64,000 nt of DNA from Planctomycetota bacterium (GTDB taxonomy: Bacteria; Planctomycetota; UBA8108; UBA1146; JAJFFE01): assembly GCA_046154185.1 (NCBI GenBank), contig JBJXGE010000032.1:19848-83847 (forward strand). The letters run 5' to 3'. This document shows, in pieces, positions 32,045-40,428 of this stretch (position 1 is the first letter of the stretch; every line of letters starts with the position of its first letter). A program made the position numbers and the translations under genes. The notes under the pieces are model-generated. The model was not told the origin of the DNA, did not search any database, and saw only the letters and a list, made by a program, of their open reading frames with translations.

Positions 32045-34771
32045 TTGTCGTCGCAGCCGAGAAATGCCGAAGAAGTGCGACTCCGCGAAGACGCGCGGCG
32101 CATCCGCAATTGGCAGCGCTGGGGCCCGTATCTCGCCGAACGCCAATGGGGAACGGTCCGCGAGGATTATTCCGCGAGCGGTAATTGCTGGGAGTATTTT
32201 CCACACGACCACGCGCGCAGTCGGGCGTATCGTTGGGGCGAGGACGGGCTGCTCGGTTTCACGGATCGCGAGTGCCGGTTGTGTTTCGGCGTCGCCCTGT
32301 GGAATGGTCGCGATCCAATATTGAAGGAGCGCCTCTTTGGGCTCGCCGGTCCGGAGGGCAATCACGGCGAAGACGTCAAAGAGTGCTACTACTATCTCGA
32401 CTCGACGCCGACCCATTCTTACATGAAGTCGCTCTACAAGTACCCGCAGGCCGAGTTTCCGTATTTTAAACTCGTCGATGAAAATCGGCGCCGCAATAAG
32501 CGCCAGCCCGAGTACGAACTGACCGACACGGGTGTATTCGATGACAATCGTTATTTCGATGTCGTCTGCGAGTTCGCGAAAGCCGGGCCGGATGATCTGT
32601 TGCTTCGCATCGTCGTGACCAATCACGGCGACGCGGCGGCGCGGCTTCACGTGTTGCCGCAACTCTGGTTTCGAAACACCTGGTCGTGGGGCCGCAAGGG
32701 CGAAGGATATTGGCCGCGCCCCGAACTGCGGCTCGACGCGCACGGAGTCCGGGCGCAACACGCCAGCCTGCCCGCATTTCGTTTTGTCGCCGCACCCGCT
32801 TCCGACGGGACGGCGGCCGAGTACATTTTCACGGAGAACGAAACGAATACGGAGCTCCTCTACGGCAGCGCCAATGCCCACGCCTGCGTGAAAGATGGCT
32901 TCCACGCTTATATCGTTCGCGGCCACCAACGCGCCATCGCGCGCGACGCAGGCACCAAGATGGCGGCGCACTATCCGTTGCTGGTCGCGGCGGGCGCGAC
33001 CGTCACGCTGAGCCTTCGGCTAACAGCCGAGACCGAAGTGACGAACGCGCCGTTTGACGACGAATTCGAAGCCGTGTTCGCCGCCCGCCGCGCCGAGGCC
33101 GACCAATTCTATGAGCAGCTCATCCCGAGCGAGCTGAATGCCGACGAGCGCGCCGTGTCACGGCAGGCGTATGCGGGACTCCTCTTCAGCCGCCAGTACT
33201 ACCACTACTGCGTCGAGCATTGGCAGGAAGGCGACCCATCGCAGCCGGTGCCGCCGCCGGAGCGCCTAAATGTGCGCAACGCCGATTGGCGGCATCTCTA
33301 CAACCGCGACGTCCTTTCGATGCCTGACAAGTGGGAGTATCCGTGGTACGCCGCGTGGGATTTGGCGTTTCACATGATCCCGTACGCGGCGGTCGATCCG
33401 CAGTTCGCCAAGCGTCAACTGCGACTCGTACTGCGCGAGTGGTACTTGCACCCGAATGGGCAAATTCCGGCGTACGAGTTCAACTTCTCCGACGTCAACC
33501 CGCCGGTGCACGCGTGGGCCGCATGGCGCGTGTACAAAATGACGGCGCCGCGCGGCGAGCGGGACATTTCTTTTCTCACGCGAATTTTTCAGAAGCTGCT
33601 CGTCAATTTCACGTGGTGGGTGAATCGCAAAGACCTGACGGGCCGACACGTGTTCTCGGGCGGCTTCCTGGGGCTCGACAATATCGGCGTCTTCGATCGC
33701 TCGCGCCCGCTTCCGACCGGCGGCTTTCTCGAGCAGGCCGACGGCACGGCGTGGATGGGATTTTATTGCGGCACGATGATGTCGATCGCGCTCGAGCTTG
33801 CGAGCGTCGACATCGCGTATGAAGACATGGCGTCGAAGTTCTTCGAACACTTCATCGCGATCATCGATGCGATGAACACGCTCGATGGCACAGGCCTGTG
33901 GGATAACGTCGACGGCTTCTACTACGACCACTTACATGTCGGCGGTCGAGCGCAACCCCTACGCATCCGCTCGCTCGTCGGACTCTTGCCGCTCATCGCC
34001 GCGGAAGTGATCGACGAAGCGGTGCTCGAGAAGCTGCCGGGTTTTCGCAAACGGCTGCAGTGGTTTCTGCGGGAGCGCCCCGAACTGTCGCGTTATGTGC
34101 AAGCGCGCACCGTGCCCGTGGCGGACGCCGCCGAGGGCGCGACGACCGACGCGGCGACCCGCCGCTTCCTGTTAGCGATTCCATCGCGCGAGCGGTTGCA
34201 GCGCACGCTGCGCTACCTCGTCGACGAAACGGAGTTCTTGTCGCCATTCGGAATTCGCTCGCTCTCCCGCGCGCATCGCGATCGGCCATTTCAATTTCAG
34301 GTCGGCAGTGAGATCTTGACGGTTGACTATCAACCAGGTGAATCGACGACCGAGATGTTCGGCGGCAACAGCAACTGGCGCGGGCCGATTTGGTTTCCGA
34401 TCAATTACTTGCTGATCGAGGCGCTGGAGCGCTACTCCTATTTCTATGGCGACGCGCTCACCATTGAGTGTCCGAGCGGGAGCGGCCAGCACATGAATCT
34501 CGCTGAAGTCGCCGCGGAACTGAACAGTCGGCTCGTGCGGTTGTTCCTGCCCGATCGCAACGGCGAGCGACCGTGCCACGGTCATGACGTGCGCTATGCC
34601 CAGGATCCCGCGTGGCGTGACCTTGTCCTGTTTCATGAGTACTTTCACGGCGACACCGGCCTCGGACTCGGCGCTTCGCATCAAACGGGTTGGACCGCGC
34701 TCGCACTGCGCTGCCTCGAGAGCCATGCGCGGAGTCGCACCGCGCAGCAGTCGACGACGATCGACGCTTGA
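32045..34771 (+). CDS. MGH1-like / GH63 glycoside hydrolase (glucosidase)
   Basis: WGPYLAERQWGTVREDYS, SMPDKWEYPWYAAWDLAFH, FLGLDNIG, GGNSNWRGPIW, GASHQTGWT. Confidence 0.9.
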   Translation: MSSQPRNAEEVRLREDARRIRNWQRWGPYLAERQWGTVREDYSASGNCWEYFPHDHARSRAYRWGEDGLLGFTDRECRLCFGVALWNGRDPILKERLFGLAGPEGNHGEDVKECYYYLDSTPTHSYMKSLYKYPQAEFPYFKLVDENRRRNKRQPEYELTDTGVFDDNRYFDVVCEFAKAGPDDLLLRIVVTNHGDAAARLHVLPQLWFRNTWSWGRKGEGYWPRPELRLDAHGVRAQHASLPAFRFVAAPASDGTAAEYIFTENETNTELLYGSANAHACVKDGFHAYIVRGHQRAIARDAGTKMAAHYPLLVAAGATVTLSLRLTAETEVTNAPFDDEFEAVFAARRAEADQFYEQLIPSELNADERAVSRQAYAGLLFSRQYYHYCVEHWQEGDPSQPVPPPERLNVRNADWRHLYNRDVLSMPDKWEYPWYAAWDLAFHMIPYAAVDPQFAKRQLRLVLREWYLHPNGQIPAYEFNFSDVNPPVHAWAAWRVYKMTAPRGERDISFLTRIFQKLLVNFTWWVNRKDLTGRHVFSGGFLGLDNIGVFDRSRPLPTGGFLEQADGTAWMGFYCGTMMSIALELASVDIAYEDMASKFFEHFIAIIDAMNTLDGTGLWDNVDGFYYDHLHVGGRAQPLRIRSLVGLLPLIAAEVIDEAVLEKLPGFRKRLQWFLRERPELSRYVQARTVPVADAAEGATTDAATRRFLLAIPSRERLQRTLRYLVDETEFLSPFGIRSLSRAHRDRPFQFQVGSEILTVDYQPGESTTEMFGGNSNWRGPIWFPINYLLIEALERYSYFYGDALTIECPSGSGQHMNLAEVAAELNSRLVRLFLPDRNGERPCHGHDVRYAQDPAWRDLVLFHEYFHGDTGLGLGASHQTGWTALALRCLESHARSRTAQQSTTIDA

Positions 34772-34855
34772 CGTCTTTGCGAGCGCAACAAGGCTTGCGG
34801 TGTGTCTTCGAGTCGCTAATGTGACGTTGTCTTTTCTCGAAAGGACCTACGCCAC

Positions 34856-35437
34856 ATGTCGAACAAACCCAAGATCCTGGCTTTCGCCGGCAGTACTCGC
34901 AAAGAGTCCTACAACAAGAAACTGGTGCGCTTGGCGGCAGAGCTAACGCGGTCAGCCGGCGCGGAAGTGACGCTGATCGACCTGCGCGATTTCACACTCC
35001 CGGTTTTCGATGAAGATCTCGAAGCAGCGAGCGGGCTCCCGGAGGCCGCGGTCCGCCTCAAGCGACTCATGATGGAACATCACGGTTTTCTGATCGCCTG
35101 CCCCGAGTACAACAGCTCGATCACGGCCGTATTGAAAAACGCCATCGATTGGGCCTCGCGCCGCGCAAAAGACGAGGCGCCGCTCGAATGCTTTCGCGGC
35201 AAACTCGCGGCTCTTATCGCGGCGTCTCCCGGCGCACTGGGTGGTTTGCGCGGACTCGTCACCGTGCGCTCGATCCTCGGCAATATCGGCATGCTCGTGC
35301 TTCCCGACCAAGTCGCGATCCCGGTCGCGAACGAGGCCTTCAACGCCAACGGCAGCCTCGTCGATGACAAACGCCTCCAGACCCTCAAGGCCCTGTGCGA
35401 ACAAATCGTCAAACTCGCCCGCAATCTCACGGCGTAA
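34856..35437 (+). CDS. NADPH-dependent FMN reductase
   Basis: FAGSTRKESYN, PEYNSS, LKNAIDWASR, SPGALGGLRG. Confidence 0.93.
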   Translation: MSNKPKILAFAGSTRKESYNKKLVRLAAELTRSAGAEVTLIDLRDFTLPVFDEDLEAASGLPEAAVRLKRLMMEHHGFLIACPEYNSSITAVLKNAIDWASRRAKDEAPLECFRGKLAALIAASPGALGGLRGLVTVRSILGNIGMLVLPDQVAIPVANEAFNANGSLVDDKRLQTLKALCEQIVKLARNLTA

Positions 35438-35441
35438 CCGG

Positions 35442-35590
35442 GGTGATGGTTTCTTGCATGCGGTGCGGGCGAGGTGATGGTTTTTCGCATGCGGTGCGGG
35501 CGAGGTGACGGTTTCTCGCATGCGGTGCGGGTGGGATGACGGTTTCTCGCATGCGGTGCGGGCGGGATGACGGTTTCTCGCATGCGGTGG
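35442..35590. repeat. 31-bp tandem repeat, about 4.8 copies
   Basis: Units start at 35442, 35473, 35504, 35535 and 35566; approximate consensus GRTGAYGGTTTCTCGCATGCGGTGCGGGCGR. Confidence 0.95.
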
Positions 35591-35591
35591 A

Positions 35592-35664
35592 CCCAGGGTA
35601 GGCCGGCGGACCGGCCAACCCTGGGCTTTGGTATGTGGGCCTTGCAGGCCCAGCTGTTTTTTTT
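35592..35664 (+). repeat. REP-like double hairpin; the second hairpin plus T-tract probably terminates the FMN reductase transcript
   Basis: CCCAGGGT-A-GGCCGG-cgga-CCGGCC-A-ACCCTGGG (35592-35625), then TGGGCCT-tgc-AGGCCCA (35636-35652) and T8 at 35657-35664. Confidence 0.7.
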
Positions 35665-35685
35665 GCGCGCGTTCGGTGGTTTTGT

Positions 35686-36576
35686 TCAACCCGCGAATGG
35701 GCGCGCGGACGGTAGAAGGCTCGCGATGGTTGTTGCGCCGATGATGATGACGCCGCCGGCGAGCGCCATGGGGCTGAGCGTTTCGCCGAGGATGAGCCAG
35801 ACCCAGACTGGATTCAGCGCGGGTTCGGCGAGGAGCAAGAGCGACGTCTCGAACGCTGACGTTTTCTTCACGCCGGCGGATACGCAGAGATAGGCGATGC
35901 CGATCTGGAAGACGCCGAGATACAAAACCAAGGACGCGTTTTTGATGTCGAAGTCCGGGAATGGCATCGCGAAGTAAAGGAGTCCCAGACACGCGAGCGC
36001 GTTACCGGCTACGACTGCGCACAACCCGGTGTCCAAGGGCTCGACCGTCGCCGACTCGGCGCGTCGTCCCACACTCAACCATCGCAGTCCGCTCACGGTG
36101 AACGCCCACGTCACGCCGGAAAGTGTGGCGAGTAGATTCCCGGTGCCTGGATCGGGCGCCGTATCCGTCTTCGATTGCGGTGCAATGAAAAACAACGACA
36201 TGCCGAGCGCGATCACTCCCATCACGATGAGATCGCGCAGGCGCAACCGTTCCCGCAACCACATCGGCCCGAGCAGTAATATGTAGAGCGGCGCCGTCGC
36301 CTGCAGAAAAATCGCGTTCGCCGACGTCGTGAGTTTCGTCGCGCTCACAAATAACACGAGTGTCGCCGCAAACGCGACGCTGACCGCGAGCACGCCCGGC
36401 GTCCAGCCGCGCAGCGAGCGCGGTCGCAGCAAGATCAATAGGAACGCCGCAACACCGGAGCGAAAGCACGCGACCTGGACGCTGGTCAAGTCACACAACT
36501 TGATCGCGACGCCACCCGTCGAAAACAACACCGCCGCGGCGAGCAGTTGCCAGCGAGCAATTCGTTGCGTCGTCAT
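35686..36576 (-). CDS. EamA/DMT family transporter (start trimmed to ATG 36576)
   Basis: About ten TM helices; LFSTGG..IK, ANAIFLQATAP, LRER, EPALNPVWVWLILGE. Confidence 0.9.
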   Translation of the reverse strand: MTTQRIARWQLLAAAVLFSTGGVAIKLCDLTSVQVACFRSGVAAFLLILLRPRSLRGWTPGVLAVSVAFAATLVLFVSATKLTTSANAIFLQATAPLYILLLGPMWLRERLRLRDLIVMGVIALGMSLFFIAPQSKTDTAPDPGTGNLLATLSGVTWAFTVSGLRWLSVGRRAESATVEPLDTGLCAVVAGNALACLGLLYFAMPFPDFDIKNASLVLYLGVFQIGIAYLCVSAGVKKTSAFETSLLLLAEPALNPVWVWLILGETLSPMALAGGVIIIGATTIASLLPSARPFAG

Positions 36577-36795
36577 AGTGTCGCGAGCCCCGTGACAAGA
36601 TAATCCGCGTTGACCCGCAAAACTCAGCACTTCCCCGCGCGAGCCGCTTCGGGTCCTCCCGAAGCCAGCGATGGAACTCCTACCACACCGCACTGTCGAC
36701 CCCCACCGCCACCCCGCGCCCGGAGGCGCGAGCGTGCGGGGTGAGTCGATTTGGGTCTGCCCGAAGCGGCGACGGCTGCTGCGGACAGCACCCCC

Positions 36796-36832
36796 AAAAA
36801 TACAGGATCCAGGGTGGGTACACCCTGGATCC
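36796..36832 (-). terminator. Intrinsic terminator of the TRL gene pair
   Basis: 12-bp perfect stem GGATCCAGGGTG-ggta-CACCCTGGATCC (36805-36832) followed on the minus strand by UGUAUUUUU. Confidence 0.75.
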
Positions 36833-36864
36833 CGCATCGCAGATTCGCTCGTCGCAATCCGCGT

Positions 36865-37230
36865 TTAGTCGCCGTAGACGATCGTCGTGAACTCGCCGTA
36901 GATTCCTAGGATTTGCATCATTCGGTAGTCAGCGTGCTTCACGGTTTTGATGTTCCCCTGCTTCGCAGCAGCGTCGATGGATGCATCTTCCCACGCAAAG
37001 CTCCAAGAACCGAACAGCGGGATGTGCAGGTATTTCGTGGAAGCGGTGCCAGTACGGGACCCAAGCGAAGTGTTATTAAAGTCGACCATCAAGGGCGCCT
37101 TGATGTCGGTGTACACTCCACCCATAGGTGGCCGAACCGGAACCGTGGGAAAACTCCCGCAACCACTCAAAACACCGCAACCCACAACAAAGGCGGCGAC
37201 GACGACTGCAGATTTCAGCCGTGTCAACAC
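36865..37230 (-). CDS. TRL-like family lipoprotein
   Basis: Lipobox LSGC; GGVYT..KAPL, DASIDAAAKQGNIKTVKHADY, ILGIY..FTTIVYGD; SD AAGGAGG overlapping the upstream stop. Confidence 0.85.
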   Translation of the reverse strand: MLTRLKSAVVVAAFVVGCGVLSGCGSFPTVPVRPPMGGVYTDIKAPLMVDFNNTSLGSRTGTASTKYLHIPLFGSWSFAWEDASIDAAAKQGNIKTVKHADYRMMQILGIYGEFTTIVYGD

Positions 37231-37240
37231 TCAAGCCTCC

Positions 37241-37573
37241 TTAGTCGCCGTGAACGTGGGTGGTGAAGCGCGAGTAGACACCGAGAATGTTGAACATCTC
37301 GTAGTCGGCATGCTTGACGGTTTTGATGTTGCCGTTCATCGCCGCTTTGCCGATGCTCGCATCGCCCATCGCGATCAGGCCGAGAATGTTCATCGTCTCC
37401 GCTGAACCCTTCTTCGAGCCAAGATCGGTATTCATGTAGTCGACATCCAGTGGAGCATGCACCTGCGTGTAGACCCAGCCGAGCGGCGGCACAACCGGCG
37501 CCGAGACAAAACCGGCGCAACCGCTGGTCGCGAGCGCCATGAGACAAATCATCCCCAACGCGAAACGCTTCAT
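37241..37573 (-). CDS. TRL-like family lipoprotein (start trimmed to ATG 37573)
   Basis: MKRFALG...ATSGC lipobox; ILGLIAMGDASIGKAAMNGNIKTVKHADY..FNILGVY..FTTHVHGD. Confidence 0.87.
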   Translation of the reverse strand: MKRFALGMICLMALATSGCAGFVSAPVVPPLGWVYTQVHAPLDVDYMNTDLGSKKGSAETMNILGLIAMGDASIGKAAMNGNIKTVKHADYEMFNILGVYSRFTTHVHGD

Positions 37574-37997
37574 CCAATTCCCCCATTTCCGTAGCGGACG
37601 AACGGCTTTTCTGATTTCCCGAACTGGTCGCGGCGCACGTGCTTTCTGCGCATCGCCGCAAACCGGTCGTGTCATCAAAAGCCGAGAACGGGTTCGAGTC
37701 CGGCCCATCCGGCCCCGAGTTGCGGCAGATCTTGCCAGACCTAAATCCTCAGTCAATAGGAGCTTTGCACGATGAAGGTGCTTTGCGTTTGCCTCCGCGG
37801 CTTCGTTCGAACACCGATCGGAGTTTGGAGCGAGCGAAGAAAATCGTCGCGCGCGCGCGCTTCCTCTCTTTCGATGCCTCCGAGAATGACGTCGAGTTGA
37901 ATCTTCTCGATCGACGATTTCGTATGTCGCTCTGCGCCGCCGCCATTCCCCGGCGCCGGGCATCGAACCAACCGACGACGCGCGCGACTGCGTGGAT

Positions 37998-39659
37998 TCA
38001 ATTTGGTCGCCGTGATTGACCGCGAGCGCTGACGTGCGCGCTCCGAGTCGTCGATTTCGCCGGCGCGGCGGCGCGGCCTGACGCGAGGACGCGCGCGGCC
38101 ATCGCCTTCTGTAGCTTCTTCCAGCGCTTCCCGATGACGCGGGCGAAGGTCGATTCAAACTTCGCACGCTCGCGCGCGGCGGCGCGCGAATAGCGCTCAC
38201 AGAGTCGGCCGATCACGAAGGCAGTCGCCGCTGGCAGTCGCCGTCTTGGCTGCGCGATCCAGACCCGCAAGCGGGACTCGGCCACTTCGGCGTCTTGATG
38301 CGCACCGAGCAAATCTTGGAGCGCGACGAGCGCGGTGACCAACTGCGTGAGCGAATTGCCGAACAACGGCGCGAAAAACTCGAGCGCGTAACGAAAAGTA
38401 CGCGCCTGTTTCCGCAGCTCGTGCCACTCCGTCGCGGGAGCACTCGAATCGAGGCGCCGCCCGCGCTTTCGAACGCGTCGTTCACACTTCGCCAGCAACG
38501 TGGGAGCGACGATCCGCGCGGCGCGCAGCGCGGCCGAGTTTCGTCGAGGCGGACCGGCGGCGCAAAAGCGCTCGACACGCACGAGCAGCCGCTCGTAACG
38601 TCCGGAATCGAGAACCCGCAGCAGGCGGCGACGCGCGCGCCGGCGCCTGCGGTCGAGATCCGTCTGCACCGCGGCCAACGCCTCACGCTCGGCCGCCACA
38701 AGCGTCGTCTCCCAGTTTTTGAGCTCAGCAATCTGCACATCGAAGTCTCGCACTTCGCCGAGAACGCGCCCGAGCCAACCGAGCTCACGGCAAAGTTGAC
38801 GAGCACGACGAGGTAGGACTTCACCAAAAAGCTTGAGCGCGGCACGCACCCGCCGAACGGCGACCCGCTGATCGTGCAATTCTTCGGCATCGATGCCGAG
38901 GCGCGTGCCGGCCTCGTGTCGCAGACAGCGTCGCCAATTGCTCCGCAACGAAGCGAAAGCGAGTGCGCCGACCGAGCACTTGGCATCGATCGTCGAAGCG
39001 CCCATGTCGATGGCGGGAGCTGCCGCGAGGCCATGTGCCGCCAGTGCGAGTTCAAAGAGGCTGACCGAAACCGGCTGCAGTCCGAGCTGCGCTGGCAGCT
39101 CCAGCGCACGGCGCGCGAGTTCTCCTTCCCCGTCCGAGATTTCGACCGTTCGCAGTGCGACGAGTGGCGCGTTCGGCGCGGCGCGCGTCTCGATCGAGTT
39201 GAGTCGCAGTGACGCTTCGATCCGCGTACCGCGGCGAAGCGTCAGCTCGACGCCGCGCTCTTCGGTCGCAATCCAGCGCTCGAGCGCGCGCGGCCCAAGC
39301 AACGTGCGAAGCGTGGTCGCGAAGTCCGCGTCCGCGTGCCACCACGATTCCGGCGATGCACGATCCTGCGCGGCGCGGTGGTCCACGCTGCTCGGCGCGT
39401 GCGCCGACGCGAAGCGTACGCCGGAGGTCGATTCGATCGAAATTTCGTGCGTCACGCCAACGACTCGCTCGACCACCACAATCGCGCCGCGCAAGATTCG
39501 CAAGTCTGCGGTGTCGTAGAAAACTTCGTGCCGTGGTTCGAGAACGCGTTCGTTGACGACGACGGCCGTCCCGCCGAACTCGGGGATCGCCAAGGTGGCA
39601 AGCCGTCCCAACTCCGCGCGCAACGACGAAAAGTTGTCGACTACGACCCAGCTTGGCAC
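37998..39659 (-). CDS. CYTH-like plus CHAD domain protein (polyphosphate-binding)
   Basis: EVFYDTADLRI (CYTH); EELHDQRVAVRRVRAAL, LGEVRDFDV, WHELRKQARTFRYALE, LQDLLGAHQD (CHAD). Confidence 0.88.
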   Translation of the reverse strand: MPSWVVVDNFSSLRAELGRLATLAIPEFGGTAVVVNERVLEPRHEVFYDTADLRILRGAIVVVERVVGVTHEISIESTSGVRFASAHAPSSVDHRAAQDRASPESWWHADADFATTLRTLLGPRALERWIATEERGVELTLRRGTRIEASLRLNSIETRAAPNAPLVALRTVEISDGEGELARRALELPAQLGLQPVSVSLFELALAAHGLAAAPAIDMGASTIDAKCSVGALAFASLRSNWRRCLRHEAGTRLGIDAEELHDQRVAVRRVRAALKLFGEVLPRRARQLCRELGWLGRVLGEVRDFDVQIAELKNWETTLVAAEREALAAVQTDLDRRRRRARRRLLRVLDSGRYERLLVRVERFCAAGPPRRNSAALRAARIVAPTLLAKCERRVRKRGRRLDSSAPATEWHELRKQARTFRYALEFFAPLFGNSLTQLVTALVALQDLLGAHQDAEVAESRLRVWIAQPRRRLPAATAFVIGRLCERYSRAAARERAKFESTFARVIGKRWKKLQKAMAARVLASGRAAAPAKSTTRSAHVSARGQSRRPN

Positions 39660-39834
39660 GAGCTTTCTCTCTTACGAACGTGTTGCTCAGCGCCGGTGCG
39701 CAGTGGTCAAGATCCTGGCAGGTATACTCTTACACTCCAGCGCGCGGCGCTAGGCTTCCAGCTCGACGCCGCGCGTGCGGAGACTGCAAAATCTGTCGAT
39801 AATGAAAGCAGCTGCGCTGCAGAAGGGAGTTCCT

Positions 39835-40299
39835 ATGCCACTCAAGTGCGAACTGTGCACATCAGCGACCGACAGTGTCGAGACACTTTGGTTCAGCGAG
39901 TTGTGCCGAGTCGTGCTCGTGACCGATCCGGACTATCCCGGATTCTGCCGCGTCATCCTCAATAGCCATGTGCTGGAGATGACGGATCTACCGGTGAGCT
40001 CGCGCACCAAGTTGATGGACGTCGTGTTTGCCGTTGAATCCGCGATTCGTAACGTGGTCCGCCCCGACAAAATCAATGTCGCGAGTCTCGGCAACCGGAC
40101 GCCCCATTTGCATTGGCACGTGATCCCGCGTTGGCGCACCGACCGGCACTTTCCGAATTCGGTGTGGTCCGAACCGGCGCGGGCGAAGTCTGAAGTCGCG
40201 GCGCCTACCGATCTCCGGCAGCGCCTGATGACCGCGATTGCGGATCAACTCGCGACATCCCACAACGCGACCACGAGCGAACGCCTCCGCGGCTGCTAA
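39835..40299 (+). CDS. HIT family nucleotide hydrolase (start trimmed to ATG 39835)
   Basis: CELC, YPGFCRV, KINVASLGN, HLHWHVIPR; SD AAGGGAG. Confidence 0.92.
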   Translation: MPLKCELCTSATDSVETLWFSELCRVVLVTDPDYPGFCRVILNSHVLEMTDLPVSSRTKLMDVVFAVESAIRNVVRPDKINVASLGNRTPHLHWHVIPRWRTDRHFPNSVWSEPARAKSEVAAPTDLRQRLMTAIADQLATSHNATTSERLRGC

Positions 40300-40428
40300 T
40301 CGCCACGAGTCCGTTCCACACCTTCTGCGCACATCCCACATCTGGTCACGCCGCTCGACACGGACCGTCTCCATCCGCGATAATCCGCCGCGGGCGAGGG
40401 ACTCTCCGCCGAGAAAGGGGGATGTGCG

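Noticed and set aside
35442-35590. Possible CRISPR array
   Set aside because: Units are contiguous with no unique spacers, and there are no cas genes in the window.
37690-37701. GGGTTCGAGTCC resembling a tRNA T-arm
   Set aside because: The T-stem does not pair fully, and no acceptor, D or anticodon arms can be built.
37759-37800. Minus-strand GGCAAACGCAAAGC...GCAAAGC resembling a c-di-GMP-I riboswitch
   Set aside because: Spacing and helices do not fit the aptamer; no tetraloop/receptor pair.
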